Positions 37,088-46,865 are shown, counted from the stretch's first letter. The stretch: 64,000 bases of DNA from Candidatus Binatia bacterium (GCA_038245295.1 JBBRSP010000002.1:64001-128000), one strand, 5' to 3'. The notes: generated by a model not told the origin, from the letters alone. A program made the numbers and translations.

Positions 37088-38911
37088 TCACTCCTGCGGC
37101 ACGGGCTGCGCCCGGTCGTCGCGTAGGGTGGCAGGTGGGACGAGCGGCAGCCAAACCCGGAAGGTCGAGCCGTGACCAACCGCGCTGTCTAATGTAAGGC
37201 GACCACCGAGCAGGTCGACCATACGGCGCACGATATACAGCCCCAGCCCGGTGCCGCCAAAACGCTGCGGGATCGACGCATCGGCCTGTCGGAACGGTTC
37301 GAAGATCAACTGCCGCGCTTCCGGGGCAATGCCGATGCCGGTATCGGCAACGACGAACTCGATGCCTTGCTGGTGCTGCCGGGCGTGCAACGATACGGTA
37401 CCGTGCTCGGTAAATTTGAGTGCATTTTGGATCAAATTCGCTAGGACGACCTTCAGCTTGATCTGATCGACCCGCAGCAGTGGAAGATTACCTTCGACAC
37501 TCCAGGCAAGCTGCACGCCGGGACGCTTGATGTTCAGTGGTGTCTCTCGCTCCAGGTCGGCGACCAGACGCGCCACGTCAATGTCAACGGCGGGAAGACG
37601 CACGCCGCCGGCCTCCAGCCGGCTTAGGTCCAGCGTCGCATTGATCATCGACAACAATTGCTCCGACTGCTGACGCATGCGCTCGACAACGTTGCGTTGC
37701 GGCTCACGCAACGTCTCGAACGCGCCTTCGAGCAGCAGATCACTGTAACCGATGAGGATGTTCAGCGGGCTGCGCAGTTCGTGCGACATCGTCGCAACAA
37801 ACTCGTCCTTCACGGAGTTGGCACTATCGAGCTCGGCAACCAGGCGCGCATTTTCGAGGGCTAAGGCCGCGGCACGAGCGATGCCGCCGGCAACACGCTC
37901 CGCGAGTGCCGAGAAGGGCTCGACAGGCCCGCGGAAGCCGGCGATGAGCACACCGACCAGCTTGCCGCCGGGCAGTAGAGGCACAAACATCGCTCGTGTC
38001 ACACCCAGGCGCGACTGCAAACCCGCGGTAACAGTATCCCGCGCCTCCCCCGGCGCGAGTTGGACGATTTCACCAGCCTCCAAGCGTGGCACCAGATCCG
38101 CGAACAACGCGCGTGGCAGATTGAGCACTCGCATCTCCGCCTGCTGCTCCACGGAATCACCGAAGCTGGCGGCTAGCGCGAACGTATCGTCACTCGATCG
38201 ATGGAAGATCGTCCGCGCGAAATCGCAGTGGAGCACGGTCGCCGTCACCTCACACAAGCGATGCAGCAACGCCGGTGTATCGAACGACGCAATCATCTCT
38301 CGCGTCACCCGCCCGAGCGCCTCACTCTCCTCGGCACGTTGCTCGGCAGCGCCCCTAAGCCGCAGAAGCTCCTGGCGGTTGCGTTGCAGTTCGTAGCCAA
38401 TCCACGGCGCCGCGGCACCGGCAACCCAAAACGGTAGGGCCGGGATAGTAAGGACGCCGTCCACGCTGCCCTGCGCCAGGTACGCCGCACTGAGCACGGC
38501 GAAGGCGGCCATCGCCGCGACTGTCGCGTGTGCGGCAAAGGAAACCGGCAGCAAAAAGGCCTCGACGTAAACCGTGACGAACAAGTTCACCGCGGCGGTG
38601 TAGACGTCATGGCGCAACGCCGCGTGACCGACCACACCGACGAAGAACAAGCCGGCCGCCACGTGTGACAGCCGTGCCAGGTGTTGCGAGTTTGGCCTGG
38701 CTCGCAGCGCAACCACGACAATGACCAGCGCAGCCACCTGCAGTGCCTTGTAAGGCAACAGGGCCGGCAATAGCTCCGGGTGACTGCGCCAGTCGGCGAT
38801 GGCGAAGAGCGGGATCGACGCTCCCATGAACGCCAGACCCAGGCGCAGACGTCGGGAAAGCAGGTCCCGTTCGCTATCCGGCGGCGGATTGTTGATTTCG
38901 TGATCAGTCAT
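37088..38911 (-). CDS. Membrane GAF-domain sensor histidine kinase
   Basis: N-terminal TM helices, GAF, MSHELRSPL, NALKFT, DTGIGI, GTGLGL. Confidence 0.9.
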   Translation of the reverse strand: MTDHEINNPPPDSERDLLSRRLRLGLAFMGASIPLFAIADWRSHPELLPALLPYKALQVAALVIVVVALRARPNSQHLARLSHVAAGLFFVGVVGHAALRHDVYTAAVNLFVTVYVEAFLLPVSFAAHATVAAMAAFAVLSAAYLAQGSVDGVLTIPALPFWVAGAAAPWIGYELQRNRQELLRLRGAAEQRAEESEALGRVTREMIASFDTPALLHRLCEVTATVLHCDFARTIFHRSSDDTFALAASFGDSVEQQAEMRVLNLPRALFADLVPRLEAGEIVQLAPGEARDTVTAGLQSRLGVTRAMFVPLLPGGKLVGVLIAGFRGPVEPFSALAERVAGGIARAAALALENARLVAELDSANSVKDEFVATMSHELRSPLNILIGYSDLLLEGAFETLREPQRNVVERMRQQSEQLLSMINATLDLSRLEAGGVRLPAVDIDVARLVADLERETPLNIKRPGVQLAWSVEGNLPLLRVDQIKLKVVLANLIQNALKFTEHGTVSLHARQHQQGIEFVVADTGIGIAPEARQLIFEPFRQADASIPQRFGGTGLGLYIVRRMVDLLGGRLTLDSAVGHGSTFRVWLPLVPPATLRDDRAQPVPQE

Positions 38912-39036
38912 CACAAGTGGGCAAGTACCGTTTCGGTTTAGATCACTGAAGTCAAGTGCACCGCCTTTCCCTGCCCCATCAGAAGGTCGTGTCTCAGGTT
39001 TACCTGTTGGCGGCTGGCGGGTGGTGGATCCCATCG

Positions 39037-39128
39037 CGGAGCGCGCCACTCCGTAACGCCCCTCACTGGAATCCAAACCCGTAGCGGGTAAGGTTCCGTT
39101 TCCGGGCGCCACGGAGTGGCGCGCTCCG
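39037..39128. repeat. 18-bp perfect inverted repeat in a divergent intergenic region
   Basis: CGGAGCGCGCCACTCCGT ... ACGGAGTGGCGCGCTCCG. Confidence 0.65.
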
Positions 39129-39206
39129 ATGAGAGACCATCGGAGGCACTACCCATCAGAACGGCCGCTTGCTTGGCCCGGCGATGCAGCTTAGTGTCAC
39201 TCGGCT

Positions 39207-40964
39207 TTGACCACGCCGCCTTCTCCTAAACGGAAATCAGAACGCGTCCCCTTCACGACGGTCTTGCTGTACGGCGCTCCGAGCTTTGCCGGTGCCGCCA
39301 TGCTGGTGCCGATCCTCATCCACATGCCGAAGTTCTACTCCGACGTGGTGCTGGTACCACTCGGTTACCTGGCGATGGCGATCGCCGTGGCGCGCGCCCT
39401 CGACGCGCTCAGCGATCCGCTGTTCGGCTGGCTTTCGGATCGCTTTTCGACGCGCTGGGGCCGCCGTCGTCCGTTCATTGCCCTGTTCGCGCCAATGTGT
39501 GCGCTGGCGTTCTGGGCCTTGTTCACACCCTCACCGTCCTTGTCGCGCACCGGCGCGGCGTTGTGGTTCGGCTCGATGTTCATCCTCTACTCGGTCTTCC
39601 ACACCGCCTACGGATTGCCCTACTGGTCACTCGGTCCGGAGCTGACACTCGACTACCACGAACGCTCGCGCCTCTTCGGTTTCCGCGAGGGCTTCAGTAT
39701 CCTCGGCACCATCGTCGCCTCGATCGCCCCCGGGATCCTCGTCGGTGCCGGCATGACCGAGCGCGGCGCCTTCGGCTCGATCGGCATCTTCTTCGCCTGC
39801 CTGCTGACCGCCTTCTGTTGGTTGTTGGTGTGGCGCGTGCGTGAGCGTCCCGACTTCACCGCGCGTGAATCAAATCCGTTCGCACCCGGTGTCCGTCGCG
39901 CCCTCCGCAACCGGCCGTTCCGCATCTTGTTACTGACCTACGTGGTCTCCAACATTGCCGGGGCGATTCCGGGAACGCTGATGCCGTACTTCAACAAGTA
40001 CGTCATCCGTCCCGACAATGAGGGTCAATGGTTGGCGATCTTCCTCGGCGCCTACTTCACGGCGGGCTTCCTCTGTCTGCCGTTGTGGGTGATGGCGGCG
40101 CGCCGCTTCGGCAAGCGACCGACCTGGTTGGCCAGCTCGTTCGTCGGCATCAGTGGCGGCGCCGCGATGTTCTTCCTCGGCGCCGGCGACACGATTCTCT
40201 GTCTGGCGATGATTCTGTGGTCCGGTTCGGGCTTCGGCGCCGGGTTGTTCCTCGGACCGGCGATGCAGGCCGACGTCATCGACTACGACGAACTCCACAC
40301 CGGCAAACGTCGCGAGGCGCAGTACTCATCGTTCTGGGCCATGCTGCCGAAGTTCGTGGCGATCCCGAGTGCTGCCATTCCCATCGCCATCCTCGGATCG
40401 CTCGGCTACGTGCCGAATGTCGAACAGCCACCGCAAGTCGTCTTCGCCATCCGCGCCATCTTCGCGCTGACACCGGCGTTCTTCTCGATGCTGTCGTTCT
40501 TCATCGCCTATCGCTTCCCGATCGACGAGCGTGTACACGGCGCCATCCTCGATGGCATCGACAACCATCGCCGTGGGGTCAACGCGATTGATCCGCTCAC
40601 CGGCTTGGAGCTCCCGCCGGTGCGCTCGCGCAGCGTTTCCGAAGAGACGTCGTGGTTCCTCGACCACTTCTCGCCGCGCGAGCTGATGCGTTACCTCGGA
40701 AACCAATCAGGACGCATCGTGCGCGACGTCTGGGTTGCTGCTCTTGCCTGCGTCGCCGTCGCCGGTGCCGCCGCCGTGATCGCCGCCAGCCGCGTCACCA
40801 ACCTCGAAGTCGACCCGGGCGCCCTACCGGTGCTGGCTGTGGTGACGGTCGGCTTCGCGGCCGCCGTCTGCGTGTTTCACCTATCGCGATTGGGTCCAGC
40901 ACGCCGCCTCGCCACCGGCTCGGTACCGGCGGCAGTCGTGCAAGCCCATCTGGACGCGCTCTAG
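39207..40964 (+). CDS. MFS transporter, glycoside-pentoside-hexuronide (MelB-like) family, with C-terminal extension
   Basis: DALSDPLFGWLSDR...WGRRRPF, ELTLDYHER, ADVIDYDELHTGKRREAQY. Confidence 0.9.
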   Translation: MTTPPSPKRKSERVPFTTVLLYGAPSFAGAAMLVPILIHMPKFYSDVVLVPLGYLAMAIAVARALDALSDPLFGWLSDRFSTRWGRRRPFIALFAPMCALAFWALFTPSPSLSRTGAALWFGSMFILYSVFHTAYGLPYWSLGPELTLDYHERSRLFGFREGFSILGTIVASIAPGILVGAGMTERGAFGSIGIFFACLLTAFCWLLVWRVRERPDFTARESNPFAPGVRRALRNRPFRILLLTYVVSNIAGAIPGTLMPYFNKYVIRPDNEGQWLAIFLGAYFTAGFLCLPLWVMAARRFGKRPTWLASSFVGISGGAAMFFLGAGDTILCLAMILWSGSGFGAGLFLGPAMQADVIDYDELHTGKRREAQYSSFWAMLPKFVAIPSAAIPIAILGSLGYVPNVEQPPQVVFAIRAIFALTPAFFSMLSFFIAYRFPIDERVHGAILDGIDNHRRGVNAIDPLTGLELPPVRSRSVSEETSWFLDHFSPRELMRYLGNQSGRIVRDVWVAALACVAVAGAAAVIAASRVTNLEVDPGALPVLAVVTVGFAAAVCVFHLSRLGPARRLATGSVPAAVVQAHLDAL

Positions 40965-41057
40965 CCCCCGCCCGAGCCCGCGCCCCTGCCCCCGCCCGAG
41001 CGGTGGAAAGCCAACCGCGCAGCCGGGCGTGGGCAGGGGCAGGGGCGCGGGCTCGGG
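40965..41057. repeat. Hexamer-periodic C-rich/G-rich palindrome filling the gap between convergent stops
   Basis: CCCGAGCCCGCGCCCCTGCCCC ... GGGGCAGGGGCGCGGGCTCGGG. Confidence 0.7.
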
Positions 41058-41678
41058 TTAGAACACAAACCGGTTCTGCGCGCGGGCCAGGCGGCGTAGC
41101 GGACCGCGATCCAGCTCCGTCAGCGTCGCGCCGTGCAGGTCGTACAGAACCCGACTGGTTGTAATGCCCGGGGCGTTTAACGGCATGGCGAACACGAGGA
41201 AAAGCTCGAACCACGTCGACAACACTTCTTTCTTCTCGACCGTGGCCAGCGTCTTTCCGGTGCGGTCCTTGAGCACCGTCTGCACGCGGATCTCTTCGTC
41301 GAAGCGCATCGGATAGAGCATCAGGGTCATTCCCCAGGCGACGCTCTCGAGCGGGTTGCTGACGCTGCGATAACGCACCAGGATCTCGGCGGTGAGATCC
41401 GAGGTAGGCACGTCGGCAAACAGGTCGACGTTCGAGAACAGTCCCGACTCACGATAGGCTGCCACGGTGCGGCTATCCCATGCCGCAAGCACGGCACCGT
41501 CCTGCGACTTACCGCCCACGGAAGCATCGTGTTTGATCACCAGACGGATCGACTGCCGCGAGGTCAGCGCCTGTCGCGGCCACAACGGCGGCTCGACGGC
41601 ATGATTACGAAACGTCGCGCAGCCACTGCCACAACCGGCCATCAGCGCGAGCAAGATTGCTCCATACGTCCGTTGCAT
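41058..41678 (-). CDS. Hypothetical lipoprotein
   Basis: RBS AAGGAGG; MQRTYGAILLALMAGC lipobox; internal hydrophobic segments. Confidence 0.7.
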   Translation of the reverse strand: MQRTYGAILLALMAGCGSGCATFRNHAVEPPLWPRQALTSRQSIRLVIKHDASVGGKSQDGAVLAAWDSRTVAAYRESGLFSNVDLFADVPTSDLTAEILVRYRSVSNPLESVAWGMTLMLYPMRFDEEIRVQTVLKDRTGKTLATVEKKEVLSTWFELFLVFAMPLNAPGITTSRVLYDLHGATLTELDRGPLRRLARAQNRFVF

Positions 41679-41784
41679 GGGCACCTCCTTGATCCATTCG
41701 GGGTACCATCGGGCGCGCGCTACGACGATCGCTGCAGGCTAGAGATGCGGAGCATGTATGCGATGAAGGTACGGGAAACGCATC

Positions 41785-41954
41785 CGTCATACCGGCGAAC
41801 GCCGGTATCTCCCCAGCTTTCGAGGTTTCCAGGACTGGGAGATCCCGGTTTTCACCGGGATGACGTTGCTCCACTTTGGGTTTACGACAGTCTCTTTCGG
41901 TGGGATGACGTTGCTTCATTTCAGTTTATCGACAGTCTCCTTCGCCGGCATGAC
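41785..41954 (-). mobile_element. MITE family A, nested pair (two TIR ends in tandem)
   Basis: TTTACGACAGTCTC at 41881-41894 and TTTATCGACAGTCTC ending 41939, each followed by a REP half. Confidence 0.7.
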
Positions 41955-41986
41955 GGCCCGCGATGGACGCAAGCCGAACACGCTCC

Positions 41987-43399
41987 TCACGCGCTGCGGA
42001 TCAGATGCTCGGCCGCGAGCTCGCCGGAGTGGACACAGTCGGGAACGCCGACGCCGCGGTAGGCGCTGCCGGCAAGGGCCAAGTTTGGCAATCCGCCGAC
42101 AAGGGAATCGATGCGCTGGACGCGATCGAGATGGCCAACATGATACTGCGGCATGGCGCGGGCGTGGCGGTGGACGCGCGACAGAATTGGCTCGCTCTTG
42201 ATGCCGAGCAGCGCCTGCATCTCGGCTCGCACACTTGCCACCATCGACGCATCATCCTGCTCGAACATTTGCTGCTGCATGGCGCCGCCGACGAAGGAGC
42301 GCAGCAGGACATGGCCTTCCGGAGCCCGCCCCGCATACTTCACGCTGCTGTAGGTACACGCAACGATGGAGCGTGCTTCGACGAGCGGAACAACGAAGCC
42401 GAACCCACCGAGTGGGCGAGGGATCTGGTCGGCGCGATACGCCAGGTTTACGGTTGCCGACGACGCATAGGAGATGCCGCGTAGCTCCTCCGCAAGCGAT
42501 CGCGATGACGCTTCGAGAAGCTGAGCACTGGCATACGTTGGCGTCGCGAGGATCAGCCCGTCGGCGACGACACTCTCGCCGTCGGTCGTGCGTAGATGCC
42601 ACTGGCGATTGAAACTCATCCCTTCGACCGCGGCGCGCGTGCGGATCGCTCCCTCGGGTAAACGCGCCGCCAGGGTATCGGTCAACGCCTGCATGCCGTC
42701 GTCGACGCTGACGAACAAACTCCAGCGTGCCCCGCTGGTGCCGCGGTTGGCGGCCATGCGTCGCTGCTGCGACCACATCGTCCAGATGATGCTACGCTTG
42801 GTGCGCTCCATCTCCAGAAAACGCGGCATGGTCGCGGCCAGGCTGAGGGTGTCCGGATCCGCGGTATAGATGCCGCCGACCAGCGGTTGTGCGACGCGTT
42901 CCAGCGCCTCACGCCCGAGGCGTCGCGTCACGAAAGAGCCCAGACTTTCATCCTTGCTCTCCGGCCCGCGCGGCAACACCAGGTCGAGTGCCATGCGCAA
43001 CTTTCCCGGCCACGAAAAGAGCCGAGTCGTCAGCAGCGGCCAGAACTGCGTCGGCGCCAGCAGCAGAAAGCCGTCGGGAAGCGCATGCAGCTTGCCGTTG
43101 TGAACGATGTACGTGCGACGAAAACCATCCTGTGTGCCGATCAACCGTGAGTTGAAGCCGATGCGCTCGCAGAGACTGAGCGCCCAGGGCTTCTCGGAGA
43201 TGAACGAGTCGGGACCACCTTCGATCGTGAAGCCATCGACGTGTTCGGTACTGATCGAACCACCGGTGCGTTTCCCTGCTTCAAGGAGGGTCAGCTCGAT
43301 CGGCACGCCGCGCTCGCGGCTGAGCTCGACGACCCGGTGAGCCGCCGACAACCCGGCAATGCCGCCGCCGACAACCACGATTCGGCGCGGTGCCGTCAT
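41987..43399 (-). CDS. hemY: HemY-type protoporphyrinogen/coproporphyrinogen oxidase
   Basis: VVGGGIAGL, EGGPDSF, GGIY, GFGFVVP, AMPQYHVGH, GVGVPDC. Confidence 0.92.
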   Translation of the reverse strand: MTAPRRIVVVGGGIAGLSAAHRVVELSRERGVPIELTLLEAGKRTGGSISTEHVDGFTIEGGPDSFISEKPWALSLCERIGFNSRLIGTQDGFRRTYIVHNGKLHALPDGFLLLAPTQFWPLLTTRLFSWPGKLRMALDLVLPRGPESKDESLGSFVTRRLGREALERVAQPLVGGIYTADPDTLSLAATMPRFLEMERTKRSIIWTMWSQQRRMAANRGTSGARWSLFVSVDDGMQALTDTLAARLPEGAIRTRAAVEGMSFNRQWHLRTTDGESVVADGLILATPTYASAQLLEASSRSLAEELRGISYASSATVNLAYRADQIPRPLGGFGFVVPLVEARSIVACTYSSVKYAGRAPEGHVLLRSFVGGAMQQQMFEQDDASMVASVRAEMQALLGIKSEPILSRVHRHARAMPQYHVGHLDRVQRIDSLVGGLPNLALAGSAYRGVGVPDCVHSGELAAEHLIRSA

Positions 43400-43455
43400 G
43401 GCTTCTCCGACCCGACCGCCTCAAGGGCGGCGAATGAGGGGGACATGAAGTCTTC

Positions 43456-44478
43456 TTAGCGGTGAGTCATCTCGTGGACCATGTCCACGAGAGCGATGAC
43501 ATGATCGACCGGGGTCTTGGGCAGGATGCCGTGACCGAGGTTGAAAATATGCCCAGGACGTCCCGCCGCAGCGTCGAGGATCGCTTTCACCTGTGTACGA
43601 ATTTCAGCGATCGGCGCGAACAGCGTCACCGGGTCGAGATTACCTTGCACCGCCACGTCGTGGCCGACCTTGCCCCAGCCCTCGGCGAGATCGATGCGCC
43701 AATCGAGACCAACGACATCGCTGCCGCAATCACGCAGCAGCGGCAGCAGTCCGTTCGTGCCGGTACCGAAGTAGATCACCGGCACTTCGCGGCGCAGCAA
43801 GCCGATCAGGCGCTTCATGTGTGGCAGAACGAAACGCGCATAGTCGAGCGGCGACAAACAACCCACCCAGCTGTCGAAGATCTGCAACGCATCGGCACCG
43901 GCGTCGATCTGCGCGTTGAGATACGCCGCGACGGCGTCGCTAAGCGTGGTCATCAAATGGTTCCAAGCGTCCGGCGCCTCGTACATCAGCTTCTTGGTGT
44001 GGACATAGTTTCGCGACCCGCCGCCTTCGATCATGTACGAGGCCAGCGTGAACGGCGCACCAGAGAAACCGATGAGCGGCACCTTGAGCCCAGCGCGCGC
44101 CTTGCGCACAGCATCGTAGACAAACGGCACAGCGGCGGCGGCATCCACCTTGGGCAGGCGCGCGATATCCTCCGGCGAACGTACGGGATGATGCAGCACC
44201 GGGCCGTCGCCTTCGGAGAATTCCAGGCCGATACCGAATGGTTCGAGGATCAACAGAATGTCGGCAAAGATGATGGCCGCATCGACGCCGAGACGTTCGA
44301 CGGCGGTAACCGTAACTTCTGCCGCGGCATCGGCGTCTTTGCACAGATCAAGAAACGAATAACGCGACCGCACAGCCCGATACTCGGGCATGTAACGCCC
44401 AGCCTGCCGCATCAACCAAAGCGGCGTGTAGGGAACGGATTGGCGGCGGCAAGCGCGTAGGAAAGGTGCGTCTTTCAA
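43456..44478 (-). CDS. hemE: Uroporphyrinogen decarboxylase
   Basis: WLMRQAGRYMPEY, DAAIIFADIL, GAPFTLASY, QIFDSW, QGNLDP, FNLGHG. Confidence 0.96.
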   Translation of the reverse strand: MKDAPFLRACRRQSVPYTPLWLMRQAGRYMPEYRAVRSRYSFLDLCKDADAAAEVTVTAVERLGVDAAIIFADILLILEPFGIGLEFSEGDGPVLHHPVRSPEDIARLPKVDAAAAVPFVYDAVRKARAGLKVPLIGFSGAPFTLASYMIEGGGSRNYVHTKKLMYEAPDAWNHLMTTLSDAVAAYLNAQIDAGADALQIFDSWVGCLSPLDYARFVLPHMKRLIGLLRREVPVIYFGTGTNGLLPLLRDCGSDVVGLDWRIDLAEGWGKVGHDVAVQGNLDPVTLFAPIAEIRTQVKAILDAAAGRPGHIFNLGHGILPKTPVDHVIALVDMVHEMTHR

Positions 44479-44567
44479 GATGCGTCGGTGCTAGGCCAGG
44501 TCCAAGGACGGGTCAAGTGTCCGGCTCCCTGGGTCCATGTCACTCGACGTGCATTGTGGTCCTGGGT

Positions 44568-44720
44568 GGTAGGCGCACGGCTTTAGCCTGCGCTAGGCGT
44601 CGTGAACACGGGATTGTGACGGACCGGCATCGAGGCGGTGAGGTAGGCGCAGGTCTTTAGCCACGCCGGATAGAGCGTTCAGCATGGGTATTCCGCCGCC
44701 AGCTAAAGCTTGCGCCTACC
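44568..44720. repeat. Cluster of three GTAG-type REPs
   Basis: GGTAGGCGCACGGCTTTAGCCTGCG, GGTAGGCGCAGGTCTTTAGCC, AGCTAAAGCTTGCGCCTACC. Confidence 0.7.
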
Positions 44721-44996
44721 CGCGACCCTCCATGCCGGGCGGGTGTCGATCGCACGGCACGGAGGGGAGCGGAGCATCCGAGTTGCGTGGACGCGACACG
44801 TTCAAGCCGCTTTAGGCGTGTCGCCCGGCACGTTGGCGTGTTCGTCCACTGTCGCGTCACTCGACTTCGGCAGGTTCACCGTCCGCGCCGCAAGCGGCAA
44901 CGCCGAACCAGGCTCTATATCCCATTGTCCATTGTCGGCAGTCGGTTCTGGGTCGTCGGTCTTCCATTCGTTCGAGCCTGATTGTCCTAAGCCTAA

Positions 44997-45180
44997 GTAC
45001 TCGGTTTTATAAGTTCGGCGACGTATTTCGCGGCTGTTCGGAAGCATTGGGCTCACGCGCCGCAAGCTGAAGCCTGCGCCTACCAGACTGAGTACGCAGC
45101 CTAAAGCGGACCGGTAGGCGCAGGCTTTAGACTGCGGAGGGCGGTTGCGGATACGTCACCGTACCTGCGCCGAACAGTAC
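44997..45180. mobile_element. MITE family B, copy 1 (TAA-flanked, carries two GTAG REPs)
   Basis: TAA|GTACT...AGTAC|TAA; imperfect TIRs; both ends shared with 47778-48194. Confidence 0.6.
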
Positions 45181-45284
45181 TAAGATATGCCGATTAGGGG
45201 GATGCGGTTGCGATTCTCGCAATTCTCCGGGACCGCGGAATCAAATTCGAATCAGAGCGCTCGAAGTGGTATCTTTGACAAAGG

Positions 45285-45545
45285 ATGAGTAACGACACCG
45301 AGGCCATCCGGTTGGCTCGCACGTATGTCTGGTGGCAAGAGCCCGCTGCCACCCTGGTCGCGCCGCACACGCTGCTGTGTCAGATCCTCAAGCTTGGGCG
45401 TACCGAGGACTTTGTTGCCGCCGAAAACATATGGGGCCGCGCCGCCCTTCTGGACGCGCTACAGAGTGCGCGACATGGCGAGATTGACCCCAAATCGGAA
45501 CACTTCTGGCGTCTCTGGTTCAGGTTGGAAGCCAACCACCCATGA
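45285..45545 (+). CDS. Small helical protein, probable antitoxin partner of the AbiEii-like nucleotidyltransferase
   Basis: ARTYVWWQ...QILKLG...SEHFW; ATGA overlap with the downstream toxin-like frame. Confidence 0.6.
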   Translation: MSNDTEAIRLARTYVWWQEPAATLVAPHTLLCQILKLGRTEDFVAAENIWGRAALLDALQSARHGEIDPKSEHFWRLWFRLEANHP

Positions 45546-45846
45546 TGCACCTGGAGATCTACCGCCACCACAGCTGGCGTTCTGGCGGGAGGACGCGCCG
45601 GCGCTGCCGCGTCGATGGGTTCTCTATGGCGGAACGGGGATCGCGCTGCAGCTTGGCCATCGAACCTCGGTCGACTTCGATTTCTTCTCTAGCGATTCCC
45701 TTGATCGTCAAGCCGTGCGTCGTTCGTCGGCGATCCTACGCGAGGCCAAGACGATACAAGAGGCTCCCGACACGTTGACGGTCGTTGCTGAAAAGAATGG
45801 CCTACCGATCAAGCTCTCCTTCTTCGGCGGAATCGATTTCGGCCGC
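45542..45846 (+). pseudogene. AbiEii/AbiGii-family nucleotidyltransferase, frameshifted and truncated
   Basis: MMHLEI, then -1 frame LPPPQ...VLYGGTGIALQLGHRTSVDFDFF...KLSFFGG; homology stops at a repeat starting 45853. Confidence 0.75.
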
Positions 45847-45852
45847 CATCGG

Positions 45853-45889
45853 CGGCGGCGTGAGGGCACGCCGACTCCGTTCATACGAA
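45853..45889 (+). repeat. 37-bp repeat with an inverted copy at 46928-46964
   Basis: CGGCGGCGTGAGGGCACGCCGACTCCGTTCATACGAA. Confidence 0.75.
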
Positions 45890-46032
45890 ACGCGATAAGT
45901 GCCGGCATTGGATCGATGGGCGCTTGGCGTGTTGGCCTTACGTCTCGCCGCGATCGGCAAGATAACCTTACGCCGGTCAGCCGCGTAGCCACCCCGGCGC
46001 AGGCTAAAGGACCTGCGCCTACCCTCGTCTCC

Positions 46033-46848
46033 TCAATCGGCGGCGTTCGAATGGTGCGTCCGCTCGGCAGCGCAGCGGACCAGCTGGCCCATCTTGCCCT
46101 GATCCGGCTCGAAGGTCGGCGTCAGCCCGTGCTCGCGTAGCGCCTCGGAGCACACCGGCCCAATCGAGCCGATCTCGACTTTGGCGAAGGCGGCGCGCAA
46201 GAGGTCGGCTGATTCGGCGACTTGGAACAGGTGGTAGACCTGCGTTGCACTGGTGAACAACGCCACGTCGATCTCGCCTCGCAGGATGGCGGCGATGGCG
46301 TTGCGCAGCGGCGTCAGGTCTTCCGGTAAAGCCCATGTGTAGATCGGCACACGCGCCACGGAGGCCCCACGCTCGCGCAAGCCGTCGAGAAAGGCGGCGT
46401 TTGTCGCACCGTATTCCTGCACGGCCACACGTTTACCGGCAACCGGGCACTGCGCATCGAGCGTCTGCAGAACCTCGCGCCAGGTGTTCGGTGCCGGCAC
46501 GGCAATGGAAGGAGCCAGGCCAATCTCGCGCAGCGCGGCGACGGGTTTGGGTCCACGCGCCACTGTCGTCACCGCACCAAGAGCCGGCGCCACACGCTCC
46601 GCCGGCCAACTCGTCGCCACACTCTTCAACAATGTGCGCAGGCCGACGCCGGTCATCAGGATGACGATGTCGAGCTTGCCGGCCTCGAGCTCGGCGAGAT
46701 GGGCCAAGGCCTCGTGTGGATCGGCGAGCGGCAATTCGCGTAACGCCGGCGCCGATACCGGCTCGCCGCCGTGACGGCGGATCAGCTCGGCCATCTCGAC
46801 GGCGCGGCGACTTTCGAAGGCGAGCACGCGTAATCCGGAGAAACCCAT
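46033..46848 (-). CDS. hemD: Uroporphyrinogen-III synthase
   Basis: FESRRA, MTGVG, ARGPKP, VQEYG, YTWALP, FTSATQV, SIGPVCS. Confidence 0.9.
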   Translation of the reverse strand: MGFSGLRVLAFESRRAVEMAELIRRHGGEPVSAPALRELPLADPHEALAHLAELEAGKLDIVILMTGVGLRTLLKSVATSWPAERVAPALGAVTTVARGPKPVAALREIGLAPSIAVPAPNTWREVLQTLDAQCPVAGKRVAVQEYGATNAAFLDGLRERGASVARVPIYTWALPEDLTPLRNAIAAILRGEIDVALFTSATQVYHLFQVAESADLLRAAFAKVEIGSIGPVCSEALREHGLTPTFEPDQGKMGQLVRCAAERTHHSNAAD

Positions 46849-46865
46849 GATCTGTCGGTCATGCC

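Noticed and set aside
44802..44925. Possible attC-like start (GCCGAACC) or gene C-terminal fragment
   Set aside because: No complementary GTT end or L/R box geometry found, no integrase, and the peptide is not recognisable.
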